Both the position numbers and the translations under genes were made by a program. Below are positions 1-12,270 of a stretch of DNA of 64,000 bases, one piece after another; position 1 is the stretch's first letter, and each line of letters starts with the position of its first letter. The notes beneath the pieces were generated by a model, which was not told the origin of the DNA, ran no database searches, and saw only the letters and a program-made list of their open reading frames with translations. Origin of the DNA: Pavona decussata (Eukaryota); contig CDRNST010000035.1 in assembly GCA_977016875.1 (NCBI GenBank), positions 1,054,001 through 1,118,000 on the forward strand, read 5' to 3'.

Positions 1-506
1 CATCTTTAGTGCGTAAATACGTGACACTGCACAGGGTGCTTAAAAAAATTGTGCGCCTCTCAGCGAACACAGAATATTATTTACTGGCTTGGATACCCCT
101 TCTCTGAGGCGCCAACACGTAAACTTTTAAATATCATTTATTGCGTTCGACGTAGAAAGAACGTACTCCTAATACAGATTAGAGTCGAGATTGTATGGGA
201 TAATGAATGAATGGATCTTGGGACACGTATCTGGCATTCCCCGCAGATTTTGCAGGGGCGGATGACATCATCATTAACTTGGCAAAGAAGAGAGAGCCTG
301 GGATCGAGATCATCGAGCGCACTCCCTAATCTTTGATTATCACTAGTCAATAACAGTCCAATTGTATTGACCTTGAGGAGTAGACTTTTTTAATAAAGCT
401 TTTATGGCAAATACAACTTTTTTTTAAACCAGATTTTGACTAGGAAAAGTTGTTTGAATCAGATGTTGTTGATGTAACGTGAAATCCTGCCGTTGAAAGA
501 CTCCTG

Positions 507-745
507 GGGCCTGTTTCTCGAAAGTCCTGGTAACTTACCAGGCCCGATAAGTGTCTTTAGTGATAAATGTTTCTTAACAGAAGTAAATTTTTGTTGGCTT
601 TGAATACTTAATTTCCAAATCTTATAATTCTATGAAAACATTGGCCAAGTACCATGTCTGTAATCACTGTGTAATCGGTGAAAAAACATTTCAAAATATA
701 CTTATCGGGCCCGGTAAGTTACCGGGACTTTCGAGAAACGGGCCC
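507..745. mobile_element. Non-autonomous PIF/Harbinger-like MITE (about 240 bp)
   Basis: Long terminal inverted repeats GGGCCTGTTTCTCGAAAGTCC...GGACTTTCGAGAAACGGGCCC flanked by CTG/CTG. A second copy lies at 54690-54927. Confidence 0.85.
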
Positions 746-2384
746 CTGGACATCCAAACACCAGGAAGAACCCTCGAACGAATTCCGGGAGACCTAAAGA
801 TAACTCTGGTTCAAATTCCCCACTCCCCTGACACAGTACACAGTATAGAAAGTCCCAGTTTTGAGGGAGAAAACGTTGAGCGCAATACCTGTGGCATTGG
901 CAGTCACTGAACGCATCCATGTTGTTTTATACCAATTTGTTAGGGTATAACACAGCGAAAGGAAGGAGCGTTTAATCTTCTGCTTCTCTTTTAACGTTTT
1001 ATTTGTTCACACTAAAACTTACAGCAACTCCGTTTTAGAAACAAACTAGAATGGCAACGAAGGATTTGCTCTAGCTACTTTTATTATACGTCACGGCGGA
1101 AAACGTCAATTGTCTTTTTCTCGTCAAACGTAATTTTAGGCTAACGTAATGTCTTGTGTAGTAATTCTTATGTGATAGTATGCTTGTGCACGAGAGTAAT
1201 TAACATAGTGTTACAGTAGTCGAAATGATTTTCTTCTTAAATTTTCAATGTGACTCCCAAATGATCTGGACGAAACAAAGTAAGGAAAGCAATATCAAAA
1301 TTACGAGGAACACAATATTGCTATCAATTACAAATGCACACTGCCTAAATACAAGATGAATCATAAGTTGAATAAAATTACATAACTGCACTCTTCAACA
1401 TAAGCTATTTTATAGAATACAACCTTCTCCAAATACCTTAACTGTACGTGTTAGTACAATGGATCTGGTACAGTAGGTTTTACCGTACAACGATCACTTA
1501 GATTTAAAACCTTAACTTTTGTTTGTTATCTAAATAATTAAAGGTAAAAAATCAACTGGTACAAATTTGGTTTAAAGCACGGCGGAATCACAAAAAATAT
1601 CAACAACGGATAATAAGTTATTTCCAGGCTATTTCTGGCAAGAGGTTAACTGAATGACCAGACGTAATTAAGCAATCCATTGTTATTTCTGAAAACCAAT
1701 TTGGGCCGTATTTAATCTGTAGTATGTTTCCGAAGAAACAGTTAAAAACAGGACTTTTGGTTCACAGAATTCGTATCGGGAGAAAACAACTTTTGACCAG
1801 CATAACTAAAATTTAGTCTACGAAAAACTGTTACGTCTCGGTTAAGAGATATCAACTAACTCAGTTTCGACTGCAATACTTGTAAAAAAAATAGTTCAGA
1901 GAAAGGTAATCTAGACAGTCCCGGGAAGTCCGGTTCACAAGGTAAAGTGTTACTTCTCAATGACTTTCCGACTACGCAATTTGTCTCAATTTTCTTAATA
2001 AAAATGCAAAGCACAATGAACACACTTATACTCAACTCATTATTATTTCAACCGCAATATCCTGAAGTAATTACTAGCAATGCAAAACCTCGTAATGATG
2101 AAAGTAACTCGAATAAAGAGCAACTTTGACTGAAATCAATGTTGAAACTTTTACTTCGAAAAGAGCGTAGTTTTATTGTTTAATAGTTGCCTCAGTGGAA
2201 TAACTCAGACACAAAAGAGCACCTACCAACACCAATTAGGTTTAATTAAAAGATTAAATATACCAAAGTCGACAAAGTCTTGTCCACTATTCAACTCGTT
2301 CCTCTTAAACTGAGTCCTAATCAATTAACAATTAATCATCTTGACATTCATAGAGTTAGCCATTCACTGATGGACAGTCCTTCT

Positions 2385-5300
2385 TCACTTGTGCTGCTCT
2401 GCGGGAGTTACTTCCACTTGTACCTTCAGCTTAAACGTGACACCACCAAAGTCTGCCTTACTTTTGTTTTCTTCTGTGCATTCGTCTGGACCTATTACTG
2501 AGATTTAAGAACAGGATTCCGTTGTACATTAATTCCGAGTTAATTTTCTGGAAGAATAGATAATTCGTCCTTTTCAATACATGTGGGTGAAGGGCTCTTT
2601 CTTTTAATCACGGTTCTTGGAATTTTTAATAGAAGCTAAACCAAGGTGAAGATAATGGAAGAGATTTTTACAACTGATTTGACTCAGATGTCATTATTCG
2701 CCAACTGAAGGGGCTGACCGTTTAAAACAGCGATGACCTTTAGTGGTTAACTTATTAAAACTAGTCCTTAAAAATATGTACTGAAGAACGTCGACCGGGA
2801 AGAGTCATATGCATGCACGCCTGTAAAGAAAACCTTCCAGTCGGCTGATATGACGCATTCAATCAATTCACACCATGAAAAGTGATTCCCTTCATTCACG
2901 GTCCTCATAGAAAATGGTCCTTCGTGTCAATCTCGCTCATCAAGTTGCTATGTTCTGTCTTCTTTAGCCTTTGTTTTCACTAGGCATATAAGCAAAAGCA
3001 GAAGCTCAAACGCCGCTTAAGCAAGTTAGAATACCTGCAACATAAGCACGTTCGTTCTTCTTGTGCTTACGATTCAGTGCCATGGCGCCGTTTTCACCAA
3101 TGACAGCAGGGACGACATAAGCACAAGCAAGATAGTGGACGAAAAGGTTGACCGCCTTGTGCTTACATTGACTGAGGGGAGCTGGCATCGAGAATTTCGT
3201 CTAGAAATGATTTTCTGCGCATGCGTCTGTCCTTATGCATATGTAGCTGGTGTTTTCACTTGCTTATCTTTATGTTTGTGTTTATGCTTATGCCCCAGAG
3301 AAAACCAGCCTTTTCTTAGCACAAACCGGCCACCTCGCGCACCTCGCGAGCCATTTAAACCTGTCATAGATCCTGTGAAAAGTGTAAACAATTATCCCCA
3401 CGTGAAATGAGAACTAAGGTATGACTTGATGCACGATACCATTCCTCGTTTTTTTTTTTTTTTTAATACTGACAGACTGTACTGATTTATTACCTTTGCC
3501 ACACAGTCTGTGAGTTTAATTTGTGGACTATCACTGAACCGAAATTAGCCCATTTTCGAAACACAAAACTGTAGGCTGCGTAGCAAGCACAGTGAAATAT
3601 CAAACGAATGAAAAATATAGGGAGTGAGAAAGAGCGGAGTGGGCAAGGGGGATGGGGGAACCTCCCGAACCCCGCTCTTTGCCTCGTACCCTGTATTTTT
3701 TCATGTGCCTGCATGTGCTATAACGGCAAATGTTTCGTCAATGCCATGAATTATTAACTTGATTTCCTGATTGATTTTGATTGACACTAAGTTACGTAAT
3801 TAAGCCACGTGAATAGGCCTGCTTTCAGTTCAGATATTTTAGATTCGAAGATACGTGCATGTTTTGCTGACCTGTTTAGCTGACCCGTCTTCGGTTATAC
3901 CCTGACCTGTTTTATCTGTCGCTGACCTGTACGCCGTGAAACAATCCTACTAGACATCGTCAAAGAAGTAAGTTCCAGTGCTGTTGTTCTAGCTGATAGT
4001 TTTACTCGTGTGTTTATGTACCGATGGATTCTGTTCAGTTTCTCAAATGTATTTCGTTCTTTTCTTTAGATCGAATAATATAGTGGAATAAATTATACGA
4101 TTTGCGTAACCTAGTTGCTGGATTGCCTGTCTGGTTTTATTGGACCAGCAAATGTTTAACATATTGTGCTATCAGCGAGTACTACTTGTTGATGTCAAGG
4201 TTGAGGCGAGGGGAGGGGATTGGTGGTCGTTCTTCTGTGTTCTGATTTGCCTTGAGTTTCTATCTTATACGTACTTGCTTGTAGTCACTGTTCGATTTTT
4301 GCCTCCCTCACTTACCTTCGCGTATATGCAGTAAGCTGGTTTGCTTTGTCTCGTGACCCGTGTCTGGTCCTTCGGTACATTGGACTGGAATTGGAAATGC
4401 TGGTGACTCTTCAGTGCAGACTGAAAGACCGATCGAAATTAAAAATTACAAAAAAATATACAGAGGCATCTAACCTGAAATTTTGCAATTTTCCGTAAAT
4501 GTCTTAGTCGCCTCCCGGAGGGTCGTGGGAAAAGTACTCCATATACATAAGCTAATATTGATATGTGCCGCCCCAAGGCGATGGTTTTTGAGCTGGTTTT
4601 GTCATGAAATGGGTAGAGATTTTATATTTATTTAGGAACCAGGGTCCGTTTGCATAGCCCCTGGAAACGGAAAACGGCTTTTAGCTTAGTGAACCGAAAT
4701 AGCATTCGAGATGCAGAGAAACTCGCACTTACCTTCGTAATTATGTAGAGCACATAACGTTTTCTGATGGAAAAATCGTTATCCAGCAAATAAAAAGCAC
4801 TCCAACTATAATTTTTTTTTCGCCAATATATTACTGATTGGATCCTTAACTACAGGATCCCGTGCTTCTGTTTTCAATGCGCTGGTCCTTAATTACAAAT
4901 ATGTTATCTGCTGGATAGCAAATGATCCATTAAATAGAGTTATCCACTCCTCAAACAACTTAGCGAGCCTCTGAAAAATGCGATGGATTTTACATGCAAC
5001 CAGTTTGAAAACGGATATAGATCTTAGGGGCTGGGTTTAAAAACGAGCATGGAAAAATTAATAGTCCGGGACTTAAAGCCATCGGGCGCCAAACCTTTCC
5101 CAAAATTGTGAAGAGTACTCCTGAAAAACCAATCTTTATTTCAATTAATGCAATGTCACTTTTAATTTAATAGCATGGGAGATTAAGGACAAGAAGGTAT
5201 TTGATTAGTCAGTGGCCTGTGTATTCTAGGGAAATAATTGAGTTCTCCCACCTAGACTGCCTAGAAGTCGAAACTATGACCTTCCGATTACTACTTCGGA

Positions 5301-8287
5301 TGCTTTAACACTTAGCTTCATGTACAAGAGACTCGTGGTAACTAAGCCATTATGGAGTTCCATCCCCGCCAAAATTCTATGTTTTTGTGTTTCATTCTAC
5401 TTCTTGCATTATAATCTTCATTCTACAGTTCCACATTCAAAATTACAATTGTGACATTGTACTTTTCGTTTTCGACATCGCGCATTCGGCATATTATCAA
5501 TATTACCACACGCATTTTAGACTCAACGTTTGATTTTCAGCAATCCTTAGACATTTGGCATACTCAACGTTTCGGGTCTGGATACTGTAATTTTTCAACA
5601 TGCAACTTTTTGTATTTCGGCTTCATTCGAAATTCAACCGCAATACAGGAATCGTGGACGCGCAAAACCCTCGACTGATCATTTGTGGGGATCAATTTCC
5701 CTGATTTCCCTTATTTGTGATTCAAAGTGCGGGTCATTGACGGTCGGGGATTATTTGCGGCTTTGTGGCGCGGTGGTAAGTACATTTCGGAAACAAAATA
5801 GTCCAATCCTTTGTTATTTGATTCCCAGTAATAAATCAGAAGCGCCATGCTTAGCGCTATCTCTTACCAAACGTTTATCACGTCAACATTGATTTTATCA
5901 GTTGTAGCCCATTGAATTGACTTGCATTGAGCATCATCTCTAATGATGTCCGCCTCATTCAAAATTAAGTTGATATCGTATTTACAAGATAGCAGATTTC
6001 TATGGTCTATTTAATAATTATTCCACGAGCGGAGCGCGATGAGATGGTAGATAGCCAACGACGCGCCGAGTTGGCCATAATCATCTCAAATCCAACAAGC
6101 CTAAGTGGAATAATTCAGTTTTATCTAAAACAATCAAGAAAAATGGCTAGATCTTGCTTCTTTCGCCTTGCAATAACAACCAGAAGTCAATTTAATGGTC
6201 GCTATTTCTCGGACATGGTATAATTGCTCAGATATCATGGCCGCTAAGCCAATCAAATCCCTGGAATTGCATTGAACAATAATCCAGTATAGACCGTAAA
6301 ATGACGTCATAAAATGTTCAAAACTTAAGTGGAACCACATACCGCAGGCAAGTGGTCTCACCGCCAAGTTTGTATATTCATCGCGTCATTTTATGGTCTA
6401 GAGGAATTTAGTCCATAGAATACTGTCGTTGATTTGATTTTTCGACGTACGTAGGGGAACACCATTATAAATCAGTCACGGGTGGTCACGTGTCTTAGAA
6501 GCCAGAAAAAATTCAGATTCCGATGGACTGCCAAATGGCACTGTTGTCAACGGTATGGTACGGGTTACCAACACACGAATAATTCACGTCCAACTCTTTC
6601 TTTTATTTTAACACAATGGAAACGTTCACGATCTACGTTTGTCTCAACGATCTCCGTTCTAAGCACGGTTAAAAGGTTCTTTCAGGCTCACATAACAAGT
6701 TAATAAGGAAACGAGAGTCACGCATCATTTGTCAAGCTAACTGAAACCCCTCTCAATTTTTATCAGGGGCCCACTTTCCGCTTTATTTATGCCTGAACAT
6801 GCAGTCTCGTGTTTCCGTATCACTGGCTTCAGCTTCACGACAACAAGAGACGAGAGACACTGTGCTTAGATTCTGTTTTAGTAATCAGTTAAATCCTCTT
6901 ACAGTGGTCTTATCTGTCCAAAATCAGGCATGTCGTTGTGGACCGATTCACCTTCTTGCACCTTCTAAAGAACAGACATGTTGCCGTGCTGAAACGGACA
7001 AAACACCAACTAAACTCGATAGAGTTTGTATAAAGCGGCCTGCAGACTTTGTGTTCGTCTTTCAACTCAACTTCAGATACTTTGTTACTTCGGCTTCCAA
7101 AGGAAATCCTGAGTTTAAAAACTGGGCACGGGTTTTTCTTCCCGTCGCAAATCGCCCTCTGACGTCTTCTGCGCGTGCGCGGGATATAAGAGTATGTGTC
7201 GAAAAGGTCAGCGGACTTCGGCGGAGAACATGGTGTGTTTGCACGCTTGATCAAGTGAACCTATCTGTCGTTGGTGGAACCAGAGGGATTGTAACCTTGA
7301 ATACGCTAAATTTCATTGTAAACTGGCACTAAAATACTACGAGTGTCCATTTTGGAACGCAGAGTCGGCCCATCGGACTTTACGAGAGACCTTAACGGGC
7401 AAATTCTTCCGAATGAATCCAGTATCAAGAAACCTAGATTTAGGGAGCTATCTCTCCAGTCGGATCTGAATCGACTAGACGCTTGGTCAAAAGACTCTGG
7501 TCTCACTTTAAACGAGACAAAATGCAAGGCTCAGAGAATATCCAGGAAACTAAAGCCAATCGAGTCATCGTACAGCATCAAAGGGAAAGTTCTAGAATCA
7601 GTGGTCACCGAGCGCGACTTAGGAGTCTTTGTCGCTAACGACCTCACATGGAGCAAACAAGTACTTGAACAGTCGTGTCGCGCAAATAAGCTGTCCGGGT
7701 TACATTAGACGTAATACGGGATTCGTACGAAGCATTGACTTTAGGCGATCGGTCTAAATTTCACTGATAGTTTCTAAACTTTCTTTGCAACTTTCGACTA
7801 TAACGGCAACGAAACGGTATGTCCGTGACTTAACTACAAGACACAAACACTTGTCTAAGAGGAAAAAAGAAAACGCTTCCGGTTTTCGACCGTGACCGGA
7901 ATGTAAACGATCTAAAATTACAATTATTTTGTGGCAATACTAACTAACCCTAAATTGCTGTTGCTCGAAGCATGGTTAGCGCTAACCCGGGTTACATACC
8001 ATAACAACCTATAGGTTTTAATACCTCTTATTTCATGAATCACACATTTTCTTTTGTTATTCAACATCCTTTATTTAACTTACATACTTCATGAATATTA
8101 AACTAACTGAAACGAGGGATTTATACAGATAAATCCCTCATTTACATTAGCAGTACTGCGAGAAACGCACACATCAGGTTGCTTCTATTGTTCTCCGTTT
8201 CTCACCTAAGTGTGACGGTACTAATTAGCCGGCGTTTGTCCCCTTGAACAAAGGAATAATTTCATGAAATAAGTCAGATAAATACCT

Positions 8288-8324
<37 letters not shown>

Positions 8325-10878
8325 GTAATACCTCCGTTCTCGGTATTTATCTCTTACTTAACCAATGGTTAGCGCTAACCATGCTTCGAGCAACTCAGCC
8401 CAGAACGTTAACATCCCGGTCACGGTCGAAAACCGGAAGCGTTTTTTTCCCTCTNNNNNNNNNNNNNNNNNNNNNNNNNNNNNNNNNNNNNNNNNNNNNN
8501 NNNNNNNNNNNNNNNNNNNNNNNNNNNNNNNNNNNNNNNNNNNNNNNNNNNNNNNNNNNNNNNNNNNNNNNNNNNNNNNNNNNNNNNNNNNNNNNNNNNN
8601 NNNNNNNNNNNNNNNNNNNNNNNNNNNNNNNNNNNNNNNNNNNNNNNNNNNNNNNNNNACGAAGCTCAGAGCTTGTGGGGTCGTGTGAAAATAACTGATT
8701 ACAGTATAAAACTATATTAAAATGGTGATAACATTACATACAGAACACAAAACAATTGACTATAGCAATAAATTGTGTCGTGTAGTAAGGTCACGGACAT
8801 CAAAACTAGCGTTTTCCTCTCCGTTCTCGTCGTTTGAGGTCTACCGTTTCGGCTACCGTTTCGTTGCCGTTATAGTTGAGTGTTACAAAGAAAGTTTAGA
8901 GACCCTCATGGAAATTTAACTTTTTTTATGTTATGTATACATACGTCCTCCCTGGTGTCACTCAACGACCAAGAACGTATACATATACGTCCTCGTACAA
9001 ATTACATCGGTCAGAGTCCGGTCGTTCGATATTCCTTGAATACATCCCCTCTGATTGTTGAAGTAATCCAAGATGGCCGCCGGTTGGAGGGTATACAAGA
9101 CTGTGGTAGGGAAGGGGGCTAATTAATCTCGACAACATTCAAAATGTTTATTGCTTCACAGCAGCGAGACTTTATGTTCGTCTCACAACTCAGTCAAAGT
9201 CAGAAGCTTTGTTTCTTTCACTGTTGGACGAACAACGACAAAAACGGGATCATTCGCGATGAGCAATACGGTAGCCATTTTAATCTCTGTGAATTCTTGA
9301 GGTTTAGATATTAAACATTTCGAAACACGCATTTGGTTGCCTGAAATCAAGGCTTTTGATAGGCTAGTTAGGTCTCCGCATTAAAAATGTTGATCGCTTC
9401 ATAGCAGTGGGATTCTCGCGTAGTGTATGATACGAATGCCTTGGTATATTAGCTATTAAATAGTGGTAGCAAGAAGAAATAAACAGTGCCGTCTTGTAAG
9501 TGCGTTCCTCAATAATTAAAAAACGTTCCGAAAATATTTTGCAAATGTCACGCAACCGACAGTTGCTCTGTCAGACCGTTGTGTCAGACTTGGGATCGCC
9601 TTCAATCCCCTAACTTCAGGGTGAAAGAGTTAAGTAATCCATGTCGCTGATTTGTTCACCCTAAAAGTTAAGTTTTTTGTTTGCCTATTAACTTTGTTTA
9701 TATAATTCCTTTGTCTCCGTGTTGGCTGGCTGTAGCCTCGACATAGCTACCCTAAAAAACGTTAAAACTAATTAAATGAAATTGAAACAATCAGGAAAGG
9801 GCCTACCATAACTAAATTTCTGCTATGCAAGGTATGGTTAGCGAACGCACTCCTATAATTCATGATTACTCCCAGTATTATAGGATTTGCTTTATTTTCC
9901 GTTGAGAAACCGCGCGTGTTTATACATCTGACGTCATCTGTACTCTAATTAACAATTAGACGGCGAGCTCGAGGTTTCTATCGGCTGATAGTTGGCGAGG
10001 GTCGAAGCCCCGAGCCAACTATCAAAGGCGATAGAAACCAAGAGCGAGCCGTCCGATTGTTTAAGCATACCTCAGTGATCGATCTATGAAGCAAAAAAAT
10101 CTTTATATTTCATAAATTTTGATATATTTGTGCAATGATGCATGCTAAATCGCGCGCGCTCTGACAAACTGCCGTCTATCGATCGATAGACGGCACCTGT
10201 GTAGCCAATCAGATTGCGCGTTACGCGATAGTCGGTCACTGAGGTATGCTAATAGACAATAGCTACGAACCAATCAGGGCGCGGGTATTTTGACAGTTAT
10301 TGTAAAAACGTAATCGGGCTATAGCAGTTTCTTATGGCCTGATAAGTGGGCAGTCCTGAAAAGTTGCGTTATTAAGCAATCAAATCGCACTTATAAATCC
10401 CGAATCGACACTTTCTTTTTCCAAGGCCCTTTTCTCTACAAGTTTTTTTCTAGAAGTCGTGAGGTCATCAGAACTAGTAGATAAGAAGTGTTTGTAAGTT
10501 CTCGAACGGGATTGAAATCACCCGGATGCCTACTTGGTATTGTTCGGCTAATAAAACGGGCACTGTTGATACAAAAAATAGAGACAGAAGAGTTATTTAC
10601 CATCCTTCATAACTAACTCAGAATTTAGCACCCCAACTAGACTCTCATCTATTGGCATTTTCTTTCTTAAGAACGACAGGAATATTAAACATATCTTGGC
10701 AATGCCCCGATTTTAAAAGAGGGTCAAGAAAAACGTGAACCGCTTGGGACTCACCAGTGATTCGGGCCTCCGTAAGACGATCATACTCAGTCCGAGTAAG
10801 TAGTCTTTTCAATGACTGGAATAAATACCCCAGGCCACAGCAGTTAAATGACTGCATTTTCTTCTTTGAAGCTTGCAT
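2385..10878 (-). CDS. Small CCGL-leader / TRAF-motif protein, paralog 1 (3 coding exons, 111 aa)
   Basis: Hand-spliced exons 10878-10755 (donor ACTG|GTGAGT), 4420-4316 (tttcag| ... GAAG|GTAAGT) and 2491-2385 (aatag|, TGA); both introns are phase 1 and join in frame. Protein: MQASKKKMQSFNCCGLGYLFQSLKRLLTRTEYDRLTEARITVCTEESPAFPIPVQCTEGPDTGHETKQTSLLHIREGPDECTEENKSKADFGGVTFKLKVQVEVTPAEQHK. The same exon structure recurs in two paralogs. Intron 1 contains an N-gap, so an extra exon cannot be excluded. Confidence 0.8.
7448..7750 (+). mobile_element. LINE (CR1/L2-group) reverse transcriptase C-terminal fragment
   Basis: LQSDLNRLDAWSKDSGLTLNETKCK...ERDLGVFVANDLTWSKQV..RANK, the typical post-YADD region; truncated and frameshifted. 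Confidence 0.85.
7755..8917. repeat. Nested inverted repeats / MITEs around an assembly gap
   Basis: Three concentric inverted pairs: about 7755-7820 with 8853-8917, about 7860-7912 with 8402-8452, and about 7960-7988 with 8365-8395 (GTTGCTCGAAGCATGGTTAGCGCTAACC). Confidence 0.75.
8455..8658. other. Assembly gap
   Basis: Run of N. Confidence 1.
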
Positions 10879-11177
10879 TTTCTCCTAGATACCCCCAGTC
10901 ACTTCGACAGCAAAGCACCTGAGTAATAAAGCGAACGAAGCAATGCTAAACTGTTTGGCACGTTGCGCTTAGCTGACCCCGCAGCTTAAAGCTTCCACTT
11001 TGTGAGCGACGTACCGTGGGAAAAAAAGAAGGGTTGGCAACGCCTACTTTTTCTTTCTTTTCTTTCTTTCTTTTGTTTCCGTCTTGAATGAGGCCATGCT
11101 TACCTGTTGACTGATCACACGAATATAGATCTCAGCTTTGCCCAAGCAGAGCATCTATTAACTGAGTTAAAAACGAT

Positions 11178-12270
11178 AAATCTGACTCGCCACTGTACGT
11201 GTGCGTTGTGACGAATGTAGTGCAGACGTCGGTGCCTTGTTTACACGCGAAGATCCACATCGACATCTTCTGATTGGCCACGAGCAAGCTGCGAGTGACG
11301 AGGTCGAGCGTTGGCATTCAGGCGTAAGGCAATGCACGCGCTACGCGTACACTTGTGGCAAGTAATTAAGCGTAAATGCCGATCACCCAGGTCAACTTGA
11401 TAGTCTTTTTTTTTGTTTGTTTTTTTTTATGCCCAATGGATTAGAGAATGAAGAGAGTAAAGCTATAGCTAACGTAGTCATTGAACGTTTTAAAGTACCA
11501 GAACGGCAAAATTCTGAGAACGCAAAGCTAGCTATCGGTTAAACGCCTTCATTGTAAACCGGCACAATACATTTGGCTAAATATCCCGTGGGAAAAAGCT
11601 GGAAGGTATAAACACAGGTCAACGTTGCATATTTGCTGAATTTGCATTTCAAAGAGGCGTGGGAAAAATGAAAGAGTTTGTACTGGGTCAGTTCTATAGG
11701 GTTTTATAACACTGGCAATTTGAGCAAAAAACGAAATTCAAGTTACTAGGTAAAACATTACCTAGTCTTGTTGTTTATCACTGAGTGTTCTATCGTTACA
11801 TTGTCGCGTACAACGACAAATCCGACTTACCGTTGTACGTGTACGTTAATTGTGACGAATGTATTATGAAACATCAGTGCCTTGTTTACACGCGATGAGC
11901 CACATGGACGTCGTGCGACTGACCACCCTCGTCCGACGAGCACGTGGCACTCGCAGCTTGAGCTCGAGCGTTGGCATTCAGGCGTAAAGCCATGCACGCG
12001 CTACGACTCGTGGCACTTAGCCACAGTCAAAATGAATGCCGATCAGCCAGGTCAACTTGATTGTCTTTTATTTTTGTGCCTCAGAACGGATTATAGAATG
12101 ACTTGAGGGAAGCTATAACTAACGTAGTAAACGTATTAAAGTACCAAAACGGTAACTGAGAACGCAAACCTAACTATCCGTTAAACGTCTTACTATTCAG
12201 TCAACGTGGCACGATACGCTTGGAGAAATATCCTGGGAAAAAGTTGGAGGGTATATTATAAATGCAGGTC
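11178..12270. repeat. Local tandem duplication (about 640 bp period) upstream of paralog 1
   Basis: About 11178-11620 aligns with about 11818-12265. Related copies occur at about 21190-21370 and partly at about 20130-20280. Confidence 0.8.

Noticed and set aside
2410-2425. RHIM motif
   Set aside because: VQVE lacks the invariant Gly and the downstream Asn/hydrophobic pattern.
8365-8698. ORFs spanning N runs (also 35193-35486)
   Set aside because: Artefacts of assembly gaps.
10645-10754. C-terminal part of the listed 77-aa ORF (and of 20647-20835, 34061-34288, 36460-36702, 49195-49500, 58536-59042)
   Set aside because: Read-through into introns or upstream extension into 5' UTR. Paralog similarity in frame ends at conserved GT donors.
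11132-11980. Upstream module copies as additional coding first exons
   Set aside because: Donor-like sites exist, but the reading frames are not conserved and the other copies contain stops. At most these are non-coding exons.
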